From the NCBI GenBank assembly GCA_043228905.1, contig JBHGNT010000006.1, positions 12,648,001 through 12,712,000 of the forward strand: a stretch of 64,000 nucleotides of DNA, in the 5' to 3' direction. A program made the translations under genes and the position numbers. Of this stretch, positions 1 through 10,984 are shown one piece after another. Origin of the DNA: Azolla caroliniana (lineage: Eukaryota > Plantae > Polypodiophyta). Below the pieces are notes generated by a model that made no database searches, had not been told where the DNA came from, and saw nothing but the letters and a program-made list of their open reading frames with translations. Numbering within the stretch: the stretch's first letter is position 1; each line of letters opens with the position of its first letter.

Positions 1-269
1 TTCTAGGTTATCCTAGAATCTAGAGTATTCTAGAAGGTTCTAGTGGTATAGAACACTCTAGAATATTCTAGGTCATTCTAGAATGTAGAGTAATATAGAA
101 TATTCCTATGATATAAGATATCATATTCTAAAAACTATACATATAAGAATATTAATACAATGGTTAAGGATTTGACATGCGTACAACAAGGTCGTGGGTT
201 CAAATCCTTTTGAGTTATAATGTGAGTGTCATGATCTTTTCGATGCATGATGTGAGTGTTATCATGACA
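1..269 (-). repeat. 3' LTR of chromovirus A (partial)
   Basis: Starts TGTCATGA on - right after the PPT; closely similar to 14832-15121. Confidence 0.9.
153..211 (+). promoter_or_regulatory. tRNA-like Pol III A/B-box module in LTR A (antisense to element)
   Basis: TAATACAATGGTTAAGG at 153, AAGGTC, GGTTCAAATCC at 197, TTTT at 208-211. Second copy at 15005-15060. Confidence 0.7.
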
Positions 270-1989
270 CTATACCCCTTCTTCGACGACATGTCTCATG
301 GGTCGTAGAGTTTGTATTAGGACCTAGTTTACAAGGATATTGGCGATGAAATGCAGTGATGAGTTCCGCAGCATTGGAAAGATTTGCAGCAAGTTCCCAA
401 GTTCGATCATTAGGGGTATAGCCTAGCCAATCGACTAAGTAATACAGCTTGTTGCACACGATTTTAGAATCGAGAACGGCAGCAACTTCAAATTCGGGTC
501 CATCCAAGAACTCGACAGGTGGGGGGGGGGGTGTCGTAAGACAGCCCGGAATTGAACTTGTAGTATAAGGTTCGAAAAGGGATACATGAAACACCGGGTG
601 AAGATGCATGTGCGGAGGGAGGTTAAGACGAAATGCAACATCACTTATCTTACCAGTGATCATGTGAGGGCCAAAACGTTGGTAATCCAATTTACTACAA
701 GGTCGAGTGGTCTTGATGTTGTGTTGGAGAAGCCATACATGATCCCCAACGCGGAACTTTTTTGAGGAGTCTAGACGATGACGATCGGCAAGCCTCTTGT
801 GTGTAACTTGAGCATTGTGCAAATTGTGGAGAATGGTAGCATGAATTTCTTGGGGGCGACTAAGACGATCCTCGGCATCAAGGTTGGTAGGAACGTCTGA
901 ATGCGCATTCATCGTCCACCGAGGATGACAGCCCGTATTTGCGAAAAATGGGGAATATCCTGTAGAAGAATGGGCTGACTTGTTGTAAGAGAATTCTGCC
1001 AAGTGCAAAAAATCAACCCAATCATCTTGTTGATAGTTGATGAAACAACAAAGATATTGTTCCAACGTCTGGTTGGTACGCTCAGTTTGGCCATTTGTTT
1101 TGAGATGATAGCCCAAAGAAAGCTTAACCGAAATGTGGAGAAGTTTGAACATGTGCTTCGAAAACTTTGAGATGAATTGTGGACCACGATCACTAATAAT
1201 ATCATTCGACAGACCATGATGTTTAAATACCTCCCACATAACAAGATCAGCCGCCTCTTGACTAGTAATCGACTTTGTACATGGCAAGAAATGTGCCATT
1301 TTGGTAAATCGATCAACCACTGTGAGAATTGCATCAAAACCTTTTGAAACTAGGAGATCAATAATGAAGTTCAAGGATATAGACCTCTAAGGAGTTTCCG
1401 GAATGGGAAGTGGTTGTAGTAAGCCATAGGATCGGTGACGAGGACTCTTTGATCGACAACATATATCACAGCTCCGAACATACTCCTCAACAAAATGACG
1501 AAGGTGAGGCCACCAATAGTGTCGAGAAATTAATTCTAGAGTCTTGCAAACTCCAAAATGACCAGCCATTAGTGAGTCATGGCAATGTTGTAAAACTTGT
1601 AGTTGTGGGGGACCATCAAGAACATACAATAGATTTTGTCGTTACAGAAAACCACCATGCCAATAGAATTGGCGATAGTCATTACGAGGATTTTTCGACC
1701 ATGAGCAAGAAGCATGATCCGGGAAGATATGATCCAAAACATCCTTGGCGAAATCATCAGCCAATAGAATTGGCGATAGTCATTACGAGGATTTTTCGAC
1801 CGTGAGCAAGAAGCATGATCCGGGACGATATGATCCAAAACATCCTTGGCGAAATCATCAATGGCCATATGATCTCGAATGGAATCAAGAAGAGTGGAAT
1901 TTTCAAGAGTTGTTATGGCATTAACTACCATTAATCGTAATCGATTAGGACCCAAAAGGATTTGTTTTTTATGCTCAAATGCAAGTTCC
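262..1989 (-). pseudogene. pol fragment of A: HHCC zinc-binding domain, rve integrase, GPY/F, chromodomain
   Basis: ORFs 1387-1629 and 262-1374 carry GHFG, IISDRGPQF, GQTERTNQ and EFEVAAVLD..YLVDWLGY..TWE. Stops and a 101-bp tandem duplication (1659-1759/1760-1860) disrupt the frame. Confidence 0.9.
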
Positions 1990-2417
1990 TGTCAGGAACA
2001 GTACTAAGATAGAGAAGGAATTAGTACTAAAAGAAGTATTAGTACTAAGAGAGGTGAAGAACTCTCGAGAGAAGGAAAGAGTGAGTGAGAGGGAGGGAGA
2101 GAGAGATGGAGAGAGAGAGTGTGATGATAAGAAAAGATATATATTATGTGAAGAAAATGTATAGTAGCTAGGAGGCTTAAGACTGGCGTTGAACCGATTT
2201 GGTTCGAAATAATGCCTTGTGCCTCCTTTTATAGTGTTCTAAGGAATACTCCTGAAGTTTCTAGAATGTTCCAGAGAAATCTGGAATATACATCAATTTT
2301 CTATAATAAAATATAAATGAAAATAATATTCTATGTATTACAATGTATAGTCTAATGGTCAAGAGCTCGACCCATGTAGTATAAGGTCATGGGTTCGAGT
2401 CTTGCCATATCATGACA
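1990..2417 (-). repeat. 3' LTR of B1
   Basis: TG...CA termini, adjacent PPT (GGGGGGATAG on -), TATA, HSE array, tRNA-like module. Confidence 0.9.
2348..2407 (+). promoter_or_regulatory. tRNA-like Pol III A/B-box module in LTR B1
   Basis: TAGTCTAATGGTCAAGA at 2348, AAGGTC, GGTTCGAGTC at 2392, ends in CCA at 2405-2407. Confidence 0.75.
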
Positions 2418-5274
2418 CTATCCCCCCTTTAAAACGACAAGTGTAACGAGTCGTTTTGGATTGAGGACCCAGTTTGTCTGGATATTGACGATGGAAGTCT
2501 TCAAGAAGAGCACAAGCATTGGTGACATTCTCTATCGGTTCCCAAGTACGCTCGCTGGGACTATATCCTAGCCAGTCGACTAGATAGTAGAGCTTGTTGC
2601 GAACAAGCTTGGAATCAAGGATGGCGGCAACCTCGTACTCAGGTCCATCTTCAAGCTCGATCGGGGGTGGAGGTTGTGTAATACGTCTTGGGATGGTGCT
2701 TTCTTGATAGGGTTCGAGGAGAGAACTATGAAACACCGGATGTATCCAAAGTTGTGGAGGTAGATCAAGACGAAACGTGACATCATTAATCTTTCCGATA
2801 ATACGGAAAGGACCTAATCGCCGATAATCCAACTTCTCGCATGGGCGAGTAGTCTTGATGTGTCGTCGGAGTAGCCATACCCGATCTCCAATGTTAAAAC
2901 TAGATGGGAGTCGATGACGATCCGCATAAACCTTGTGTGTTTGTTGAGCTTGTTGGAGATGAGTAGATAAATCCGCTTGTATCTTGCGTAACCTCTCCAA
3001 ACGATCCTCTGCGCAAGGATTTGTGGACACCTCTGGGGTTTCAAGTACACACCATCGGGGGTGACATCCCTTATAAGCATAAAATGACGTAACTTTCATG
3101 GATGCGTGGATAGAGTTGTTATAGGCAAATTCGGCGAAGCGGAGAATATCTGCCCAGTCATCCTGATGATAGCTGAGAAAGCACTGCAGATATTGCTCCA
3201 GCGTTTGATTGGTTCGTTCGGCTTGGCCGTCGGTTTGTGGGTGGTAGCCAAAGGAGAGGTTACAAGTGACCTTGAGCATGTTAAAAAGGTGCTTCCAGAA
3301 TTTTGACACGAACTGGGGTCCACGGTCACTGATGATACTATCGGGAAGTCCATGATGCCGACATACTTCACGCATGACAATTTCGGCAATGTCTTCACTG
3401 GAGATCTCCTTAGTACATGGCAAGAAATGAGCCATCTTCGTATATCGATCGACCACCGTTAGAATCGCATTGAACCCCTTAGAGACTGGAAGATCTGTGA
3501 TGAAGTCTAGAGCAATGGATTGCCACGGCTTGCTTGGAATTGGTAATGGTTCTAATAAACCATATGGATGATGCCTTGGCATTTTCGCTCTGCAGCATGT
3601 ATCACAAGTCCGAACAAAATCCTCGACAAATTGTCGCATACAGGGCCACCAGAATGATCGTTGTACTAAATGTAGTGTTTTAGTACTACCAAAATGCCCA
3701 ACTATATATGTGTCATGATAGTTTTGTACTACTTGAAGGCGGCAAGAACCATTAGGAACATACAAAAGTTCTTTAAAGAAGAGTAATCCATCATGGTATT
3801 TGAATTGCCGATAGTCCGTACCTGGTGGTTGCGACTGTGAACACGACGCTCGAGAGGGATCAATTTGTGCTAGTATAGCTTGGGCGAACGCATCTGTCTT
3901 CAAGTCTTTGCGTATGGTATCGATAACGCGGGAATCCATGGGCATGTCAAAGATCTTTGTTGCTTGTAGTCGTGCCGGTCCCAAGATGACTTGTTTTTGG
4001 TTATCGAAAGCTGGCTCGCCGGGACGGGGTGCTAGATACGAACGCCGTGATAATGCATCTGCCTTCCCTTGGTGATTCCCTGGATGATATGTAATTTTGA
4101 AGTCGAAACGCGTGAGGAAGTGGGCCCACCGAGCTTGACGTCGATTCAACACACGAGCATCCTGAAAGTAGGCAAGGTTCTTGTGGTCACTAAATACGGT
4201 GACCGGATGAGAGGATCCCTCCAGAAAATGCCTCCATTGCATAAAAGAATCCACTATTGCCAATAGCTCCTTATCATGAATTTCGTAGTTGATTTCGGCG
4301 GCATCAAACTTGCGTGAGTGAAAAGTCACAAGATGTAGCTTCTCATCATTCCCCTGTTGTGACAGAATGCTCCCCAATGCAAAATCCGATGCATCAGCTT
4401 CGATAATAAATGGTTTTTCCGAATCGACATGAGCTAGAATTGGAGCCGATGTAAATGCCTTTTTAAGACTCTCGAAAGCCACGTCCGTTTCTCTAGACCA
4501 AATGAACGGTTGTCCCTTTCTGGTAAGTTGTGTGAGAGGTAGAACGATCTTTGAGTAATCTTGTATGAACTTCCGGTAAAAATTGGCAAAGCCTAGGAAG
4601 CATTGCACATCCCGCACCGAACGTGGAGTCTGCCATTCTACCACCATTTTGACCTTAGTTGGGTCCATGGAGATGCCTTCTGACGAAATGATGTAGCTGA
4701 GAAATTCCACTTGGTTGCACCCGAAACTACATTTTTCCGGCTTTGCATACAGACCATGTTCTCGAAGTCGTTTTAGTACTAATAGTACATGAGAATCATG
4801 TTCTTCTTGGGTCTTTGAATAAACCAATAGATCATCCAAATAGATGATCAAACAATCATCCAATAGATCTCGGAATATATCATTAGCCATGTGTTGGAAG
4901 ACTGTCGGTGCATTAGTGAGGCCGAACGGCATGACCGTATACTCGAAGTGCCCATATCTGGTGCGAAACGCGGTCTTCCATTCGTCTCCTGGTCGGATCC
5001 GTACGAGGTTATATGCTCCCCATAAATCGATCTTTGTGAAGAACCTGGCACCATTGATCCGTTCTAAAAGACTTGAGATAAGGGGAAGACCATACCTATT
5101 CCTGATTGTAACCTTATTCAGGCCACGGTAATCTACAACAAGACGAAGCGATCCATCCTTTTTCTTGACGAAGAAAATGGGCACGCCGGCTAGAGATTTC
5201 GAATGCTGGATGAAACCATTTTCCAAATTCTCCTCTATATAGGCCCGAAGGACTTCCAGCTCGGTTGGTGACAA
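2410..5274 (-). CDS. pol of B1: RT (YLDD), RNase H, integrase, chromodomain; uninterrupted 954-aa ORF cut off from protease by insertion C
   Basis: [62 protein letters not shown]. Stop codon TGA lies inside the LTR terminus TGTCATGA. Confidence 0.92.
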   Translation of the reverse strand: MSPTELEVLRAYIEENLENGFIQHSKSLAGVPIFFVKKKDGSLRLVVDYRGLNKVTIRNRYGLPLISSLLERINGARFFTKIDLWGAYNLVRIRPGDEWKTAFRTRYGHFEYTVMPFGLTNAPTVFQHMANDIFRDLLDDCLIIYLDDLLVYSKTQEEHDSHVLLVLKRLREHGLYAKPEKCSFGCNQVEFLSYIISSEGISMDPTKVKMVVEWQTPRSVRDVQCFLGFANFYRKFIQDYSKIVLPLTQLTRKGQPFIWSRETDVAFESLKKAFTSAPILAHVDSEKPFIIEADASDFALGSILSQQGNDEKLHLVTFHSRKFDAAEINYEIHDKELLAIVDSFMQWRHFLEGSSHPVTVFSDHKNLAYFQDARVLNRRQARWAHFLTRFDFKITYHPGNHQGKADALSRRSYLAPRPGEPAFDNQKQVILGPARLQATKIFDMPMDSRVIDTIRKDLKTDAFAQAILAQIDPSRASCSQSQPPGTDYRQFKYHDGLLFFKELLYVPNGSCRLQVVQNYHDTYIVGHFGSTKTLHLVQRSFWWPCMRQFVEDFVRTCDTCCRAKMPRHHPYGLLEPLPIPSKPWQSIALDFITDLPVSKGFNAILTVVDRYTKMAHFLPCTKEISSEDIAEIVMREVCRHHGLPDSIISDRGPQFVSKFWKHLFNMLKVTCNLSFGYHPQTDGQAERTNQTLEQYLQCFLSYHQDDWADILRFAEFAYNNSIHASMKVTSFYAYKGCHPRWCVLETPEVSTNPCAEDRLERLRKIQADLSTHLQQAQQTHKVYADRHRLPSSFNIGDRVWLLRRHIKTTRPCEKLDYRRLGPFRIIGKINDVTFRLDLPPQLWIHPVFHSSLLEPYQESTIPRRITQPPPPIELEDGPEYEVAAILDSKLVRNKLYYLVDWLGYSPSERTWEPIENVTNACALLEDFHRQYPDKLGPQSKTTRYTCRFKGGIVS

Positions 5275-5694
5275 ATTGTAGATCGGTCCCCATGGCGGCT
5301 CTTTTCCTGGTTGTAAATTGATGGGGCAATCGTACGGTCGATGATGAGTGTTAGAACCAAGGATAAAAGATAGAGTGATGGAAGAAGGATATTAGAGAAC
5401 ACGAGAAGAAAGGAACCAAATACTAAGAGAAGAATGGATGTATAAGATAGAGAAAGAAAGAGAATGGATACAAGATATATAATGAGAGCTAAAGACTGGT
5501 GTTGATTCGAATTGATTTGAGAATACATGTATGCCCTTATTTATAGGTTCCTATAGAATAGCTTAGAGATTTCTAGAATGTTCTAGACCTAGAATGCTCT
5601 AGGACATTCTAGAACATTCTAGAATAATCTAGAGTTTTTACAATAATCAATGTAATACAAGAAGTAGCCTTTATTGTTTTATATAACAATAAAC

Positions 5695-5760
5695 TATCTT
5701 AATGGTTGAGGTTTTCAAGTATGGATTACAAGGTTTGAGGTTCAAGTCCGGGTGACGCCA
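5695..5760 (+). promoter_or_regulatory. tRNA-like Pol III A/B-box module in LTR C
   Basis: TATCTTAATGGTTGAGG at 5695, GGTTCAAGTCC at 5739, ends GACGCCA. Second copy at 10892-10957. Confidence 0.72.
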
Positions 5761-5766
5761 TAATGG

Positions 5767-8700
5767 TCATGTGTTGATGACACTATCCCTCCTTCGAGAA
5801 CGCCGAGTGGAAGTCGGCGTTAACATTGTTGGGCCGGGCTTGTTTGGATAGTGACGATGGAAGTTGTTGACCAGAGCTTCAGCATTACAAACGTTATCGA
5901 TGGGTTCCCAAGTGCGATCACTCGGTGGATAACCAAGCCAATCAACTAGATAATAAAGCTTATTGCGCACAATCTTAGAATCGAGAATAGCAGCTACCTC
6001 GTATTCGGGGCTGTCCACAAGTTGTACAGAAGGCGGTGGTGGCACGACACGATTAGGAATTAAAGAGGTGCGGCAAGGTTCCAAAAGAGAGCTATGAAAG
6101 ACAGGGTGAAGCCGCATATGTGCAGGAAGGTGAAGACGAAATGTTGCATCATTAATCTGCGCCGTGATGACAAAAGGACCTAAGCGTTGATAGTCAAGCT
6201 TAGCACGCGGTCGGGTAGTCTTGATGTGACGACGAAGCAACCATACACGGTCACCAACCTTAAACGGAGACTTAAGACGATGTCGATCAGCATTGGTCTT
6301 ATGGTGTGCTTGCGCTTTCTGAAGATGGGATGATAACTCGAACTGGATTTGTTGTAGTCGGTGGAGGTGATGCGCCGCACTAGGGTTTCGTGACACTTCG
6401 GGAAGATCCAGTATACACCATCGAGGGTGGTTGCCGATGTAGGCAAAGAAAGGTGTAACTTTGGTAGAAGAGTGGACCGTGTTGTTGTATGCAAACTCGG
6501 CAAGATGTAAAATATTACTACAATCATCTTGTTGATAACTAATGAAACATCGAAGATATTGCTCGAGTGTTTGATTTGTGCGCTCTGTTTGTCCGTCTGT
6601 TTGTGGATGATAAGCCGAAGAGAGTTTGCAAGAGATTTTGAGGCCTGCCCATAGGTGCTTCCAAAAGTGTGAGATAAATTGAGGACCTCGATCGCTAATA
6701 ATATCATTCGGGAGAACATGATGGCGAAACACTTCACGCATAATGAGATCTACAATTTCTTCACTATTGATGGTCTTTACACATGGTACAAAATGTGCCA
6801 TCTTGGTGAACCGATCCACTACTGTTAAAATAGTATCAAAGCCTTTGGAAGGTGGCAGATCCGTAATGAAATCCATAGAAATAGACTGCCATGGCTTGTT
6901 GGGAGGGGGTAATGGTTGTAGTAAGCCATAAGGGTGATGTCGGGGTATTTTGGCGCGACAACAGGTGTCACAAGTGCGAACATAATCTTCGACAAATTTT
7001 AGCAAGTGAGGCCACCAAAACGAACGTTTCACCAGCTCAATGGTCTTGGAAATACCAAAATGTCCAGCCATGGGGGCATCATGACAATGTTCCAACACTT
7101 GAAGTCGGGGTGATCCGTCGGGGACGTAAAGGAGATTCTTGTAGAAGAGTAAACCATCTTGCCACTTGAAGTCTTGATAATGTTGAGATGACCCTGGCAA
7201 TGTGGAGCAAGATGGATGACTTGAACCACAGTGGGCTAAGACATCCTTAGCAAAATCATCCGAATGAAGCTGTTGCCGAATAGTGTCAAGAAGGGTAGAA
7301 TCAAGTGGTGTGGCATAAATTGTTGTTACCTGTAGCTTTGATGGCCCGAGGAGAGTTTGCTTTTGATTGTCAAAGGCTGGATCTCCAGGTCGAAGTGCTA
7401 GATACGAACGTCGAGACAGAGCATCTGCTTTCCCTTGTTGTTTTCCAGGGCGAAAAATGATCTTGAAATCGAAACGCGTTAGAAATTGGGCCCACCGAGC
7501 TTGTCGTCTATTTAATACTCGAGCTGTTTGAAAATATGTAAGATTTTTGTGATCACTATAAATGATAATCTGATGAGGTGATCCTTCTAGAAAATGACGC
7601 CATTGCTCGAATGAGTCGACCATAGCTAGTAACTCCTTGTCATGCACCTCATAGTTTATCTCCGAAATAGTAAATTTTCTCGAGTGAAACGCGACTGGAT
7701 GTATCTGCCCGTCCTCGCCTGGTTGCGATAGGATACTCCAAAAAAATGCTTGATTTTTCTTGGTGAGTTGAGTAAGGGGCAACACAATGCTTGAATAATT
7801 ATGTATGAATTTGCGATAGAAGTTCGCAAATCTGAGGAAACACTGGACATCCCGAACTGAGCATGGGGGTTTCCATTCCAATATTGTTTGGACTTTTGCC
7901 GGGTCCATGAAAACACCATGGGATGAAATAGTGTATCCTAAAAATTTGACTTGTTTGCAATCAAAACTGCATTTCTCAAGTTTGGCGTAAAGACCATACT
8001 TCCTCAGGCGTTCAAGTACTTGCCGCACATGTATATCATGCTCCCCTTGTGTTTTAGAGTAAATCAATAGATCATCTAGGTAGATGATTAGAAAAATATC
8101 CAAGAAATCCCGGAAGATGTCATTTGCCATATGTTGGAATACGGCAAGTGCATTTGTGAGCCCGAATGGCATGACTGTATACTCGAAATGACCATACCGA
8201 GTACGAAATGCTGTTTTCACTCATCTCCCGGCCGAATTCGAACAAGATTATATGCACCCCTTAGATCAATTTTGGTAAAATTCTTTGCCCCACCAATGCG
8301 TTCTAAGAGATTGGAGATTAAAGGTAAAGCATACCTATTCCTTATGGTGACTTTATTTAAGCCTCGATAGTCCACGACCAAACGAAGGGAGTCGTCCTTT
8401 TTCTTCACAAAAAAGATAGGAGCACCAGCTGGAGACTTTGAATGTCAAATAAACCCATGTGCAAGATTTTCCTCGATGTATTCTCGAAGAACCTCAAGCT
8501 CAGTGGGTGATAAATTGTAAATCAGACCCCACGGTGGCTCTTTTCCTGGTTGGAGATTAATAGGACAGTCGTACGGCCGATGCTTTGGAAGAACACTAGC
8601 TTTGACTTTGTCGAAAACATCAGCATAGTCTTGATATTTTTTGGGAATTTGGATGTCTGAATTCCCTTGAGTGACATTAGAAGGTGTCACTGATACTGCA

Positions 8701-9301
8701 AATAAGAAAAGGTCCTCCTTGCCTCCCACTTGGCGCAATTGTTGCAATGTGATGGCTGAAATTTGAGGAGAAGGATATGGTGCATCGGTAGAACTATATA
8801 CTTTGGGAGGATAATCCCGAGTTCGATCCTTGACAATGATATTTTCTACTAAAGGGCACCTAATTTCTCGCTTCCTCCAATCGATTCTAGGATTATGTAG
8901 CTCGAACCATGGCAAACCAAGGACAATTGGATGCTCAGGACTACGGATTATGTTAAAGGAAACTACACATCCTAAATCACCCAAGAGTATGTGTATTGGC
9001 TCAGACTCTTCAAATATCTTCCCGGAAGCTATGGGGCGTCCATCAATCACTACTACAGAAACTGGACAAGGAAGTGTATGCAAGGATATTTGGTGTTTTT
9101 GGGCAAAATCTCTATCCATGAAACAAGAATTGGCTCCAGTATCTAAGAGGGCTTGGACTTGAAGTTGACAACTGGGTGTCCTAACTTGTACTAGGGCTGA
9201 GAAGACTCTACTAACATGCTTGGAAGTAATGGAACCCACACTAGGTTGTACATATCTAGGGTTGTCCAACCAAATGGCTCCTATTTTGGCCGGACTTATT
9301 C
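5767..9301 (-). pseudogene. pol of C (PR-RT-RNaseH-IN-chromodomain), disrupted
   Basis: ORFs 8445-9269 (LLDTGANS protease), 8217-8408 and 5767-8220, separated by stops. A deletion at the RT/RNaseH connection (AFFW|SILSQP) is seen by comparison with B1. Confidence 0.9.
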
Positions 9302-9308
9302 GTTTGAC
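9231..9308 (-). promoter_or_regulatory. Putative -1 ribosomal frameshift signal (slippery heptamer + pseudoknot) at gag/pol junction of C
   Basis: pol is in the -1 frame; heptamer, 6-nt spacer, then an 11-bp stem. Homologous signals at 11565-11642, 13392-13475 and 48569-48652. Confidence 0.75.
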
Positions 9309-10459
9309 CCCTCTTCTAATTGGCTTAGGACTTCAAATTTATTGGACAAGGGTGGATTATTCATAATATTAGATTCACTAACTACTTCTAAAATGTTGGA
9401 CTCATTTTTATTGTCATAGTGAATTTGATTTACCTGACGTCTCGGCCTACGGGAGCAATGAATGGCTATATGTCCTGGACCTCCACAATATAAGCATAGA
9501 TGGTTTGCTCGACGACGTTGCTTCTCTTCGTCTGACAACGGTCCTCGTCGTTGAGTCATATCGATCTCCATGGGTGTAGGACTATCCATTGGGACTGGAC
9601 TACATGTTTGCCTTGGAGTTGGAGCAGGGCTGTACATTTGCCTTGGGGATGATTGCGCGGTTACTGATGCATAAGTTGGTGTGAATCTTGATCTTGTTAT
9701 TTGTTGTTGTCGCTCACATCGACGCTCAAAAAGGCGATTATCACACCGTATTGCTTGACTAATAGCTTCTGTAAGTGACCTTGGATCCTCGGGGAAGGTA
9801 AGAAGTAAGTCTTTGACATCACTGCGAAGGCCTGAACGGAATTGCTCCATTAGGGCTTGTTCATCCCAAGGAATATCGCTTGCGATGAGACGAAAATTGG
9901 CAACATATGTTGAAGCCGGTTGATCACCTTGACGAAGTGTACGAATCTTGTTGATAGTTGTTCTCGCCCCATTAGTATCTCCGAAACAAGCCTTAAATTC
10001 CTTGATAAATTCCTCGAAATTATTCAGTAGAGGAGAATTGGTCTCTAGCAATGGAGCAAACCACGACAACGTTATGCCAGTCAATAAAGTGCCCACTAGC
10101 CCGACTCGTGATGCATCTATTGGATAACGTGCGGGATGCATTTGAATCACCAACCGTACTTGATTCAAAAAACCTCGGAAATGCGCCCTCGACCCATCAA
10201 ATTTAGCTGGGAGGCTAATTTTGGGCTCCTTGATAAGTCCCTGACCTTCAACCCTTTGTTGTTGTAACACGACGATTGTCGACTCTAACTGTTGCACTCG
10301 TTGCGTGAACTCCTCTTGTTGTTGTTGCTTCTCTATAGTAACCTTTTGTAGATCCCCAAGTAGACGTTGATTCTCTACTTCAAGAGATGCGAACTTTGAT
10401 TTAAGGTTCTCCATTTCTGCAACAAGGGTGAGATATTCTTCTGAGTTAATGGCAGCCAT
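9296..10459 (-). CDS. gag of C (coiled coil, retrotransposon capsid domain, CCHC knuckle), intact 387 aa
   Basis: KEPKISLPAKFDG, LRQGDQPASTY, PMEID and CLYCGGPGHIAIHC. Confidence 0.9.
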   Translation of the reverse strand: MAAINSEEYLTLVAEMENLKSKFASLEVENQRLLGDLQKVTIEKQQQQEEFTQRVQQLESTIVVLQQQRVEGQGLIKEPKISLPAKFDGSRAHFRGFLNQVRLVIQMHPARYPIDASRVGLVGTLLTGITLSWFAPLLETNSPLLNNFEEFIKEFKACFGDTNGARTTINKIRTLRQGDQPASTYVANFRLIASDIPWDEQALMEQFRSGLRSDVKDLLLTFPEDPRSLTEAISQAIRCDNRLFERRCERQQQITRSRFTPTYASVTAQSSPRQMYSPAPTPRQTCSPVPMDSPTPMEIDMTQRRGPLSDEEKQRRRANHLCLYCGGPGHIAIHCSRRPRRQVNQIHYDNKNESNILEVVSESNIMNNPPLSNKFEVLSQLEEGSNE

Positions 10460-10484
10460 GGTTTCAGGATGGTTACAAAGGAGG

Positions 10485-10521
<37 letters not shown>

Positions 10522-10526
<5 letters not shown>

Positions 10527-10533
10527 GAATCAA
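10522..10533 (-). other. Self-priming PBS of C (complementary to the predicted first 12 nt of the transcript)
   Basis: TTGATTCGAATT (on -), 2 nt after the 5' LTR, is the exact reverse complement of AATTCGAATCAA at 10700-10689, which starts 32 nt after the TATA at 10732. Confidence 0.85.
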
Positions 10534-10984
10534 ACTGTCAGAACCAAGGATAAAAGATAGAGTGATGGAAGAAGGATATTAGAGAACACGAGAAGAAAGG
10601 AACCAAATACTAAGAGAAGAATGGATGTATAAGATAGAGAAAGAAAGAGAATGGATACAAGATATATAATGAGAGCTAAAGACTGGTGTTGATTCGAATT
10701 GATTTGAGAATACATGTATGCCCTTATTTATAGGTTCCTATAGAATAGCTTAGAGATTTCTAGAATGTTCTAGATTGTTCTAGACCTAGAATGCTCTAGG
10801 ACATTCTAGAACATTCTAGAATAATCTAGAGTTTTTACAATAATCAATGTAATACAAGAAGTAGCTTTTATTGTTTCATATAACAATAAACTATCTTAAT
10901 GGTTGAGGTTTTCAAGTATGGATTACAAGGTTCGAGGTTCAAGTTCGGGTGACGCCATAATGGTCATGTGTTCATGACAATGAG

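Larger units (their letters stand above)
5349..10979 (-). mobile_element. Full-length Ty3/gypsy chromovirus C with 5-bp TSD ATGAG, youngest element of the left nest
   Basis: LTRs 5349-5782 and 10536-10979 differ by about 6 substitutions and one 10-bp indel. TSD ATGAG at 5344-5348 and 10980-10984. PPT GGAGGGATAG. Confidence 0.96.

Noticed and set aside
9267-9284. Shine-Dalgarno-like AGGAG plus TTG start for the protease ORF
   Set aside because: Eukaryotic element; the sequence is better explained as the pseudoknot loop of a frameshift signal.
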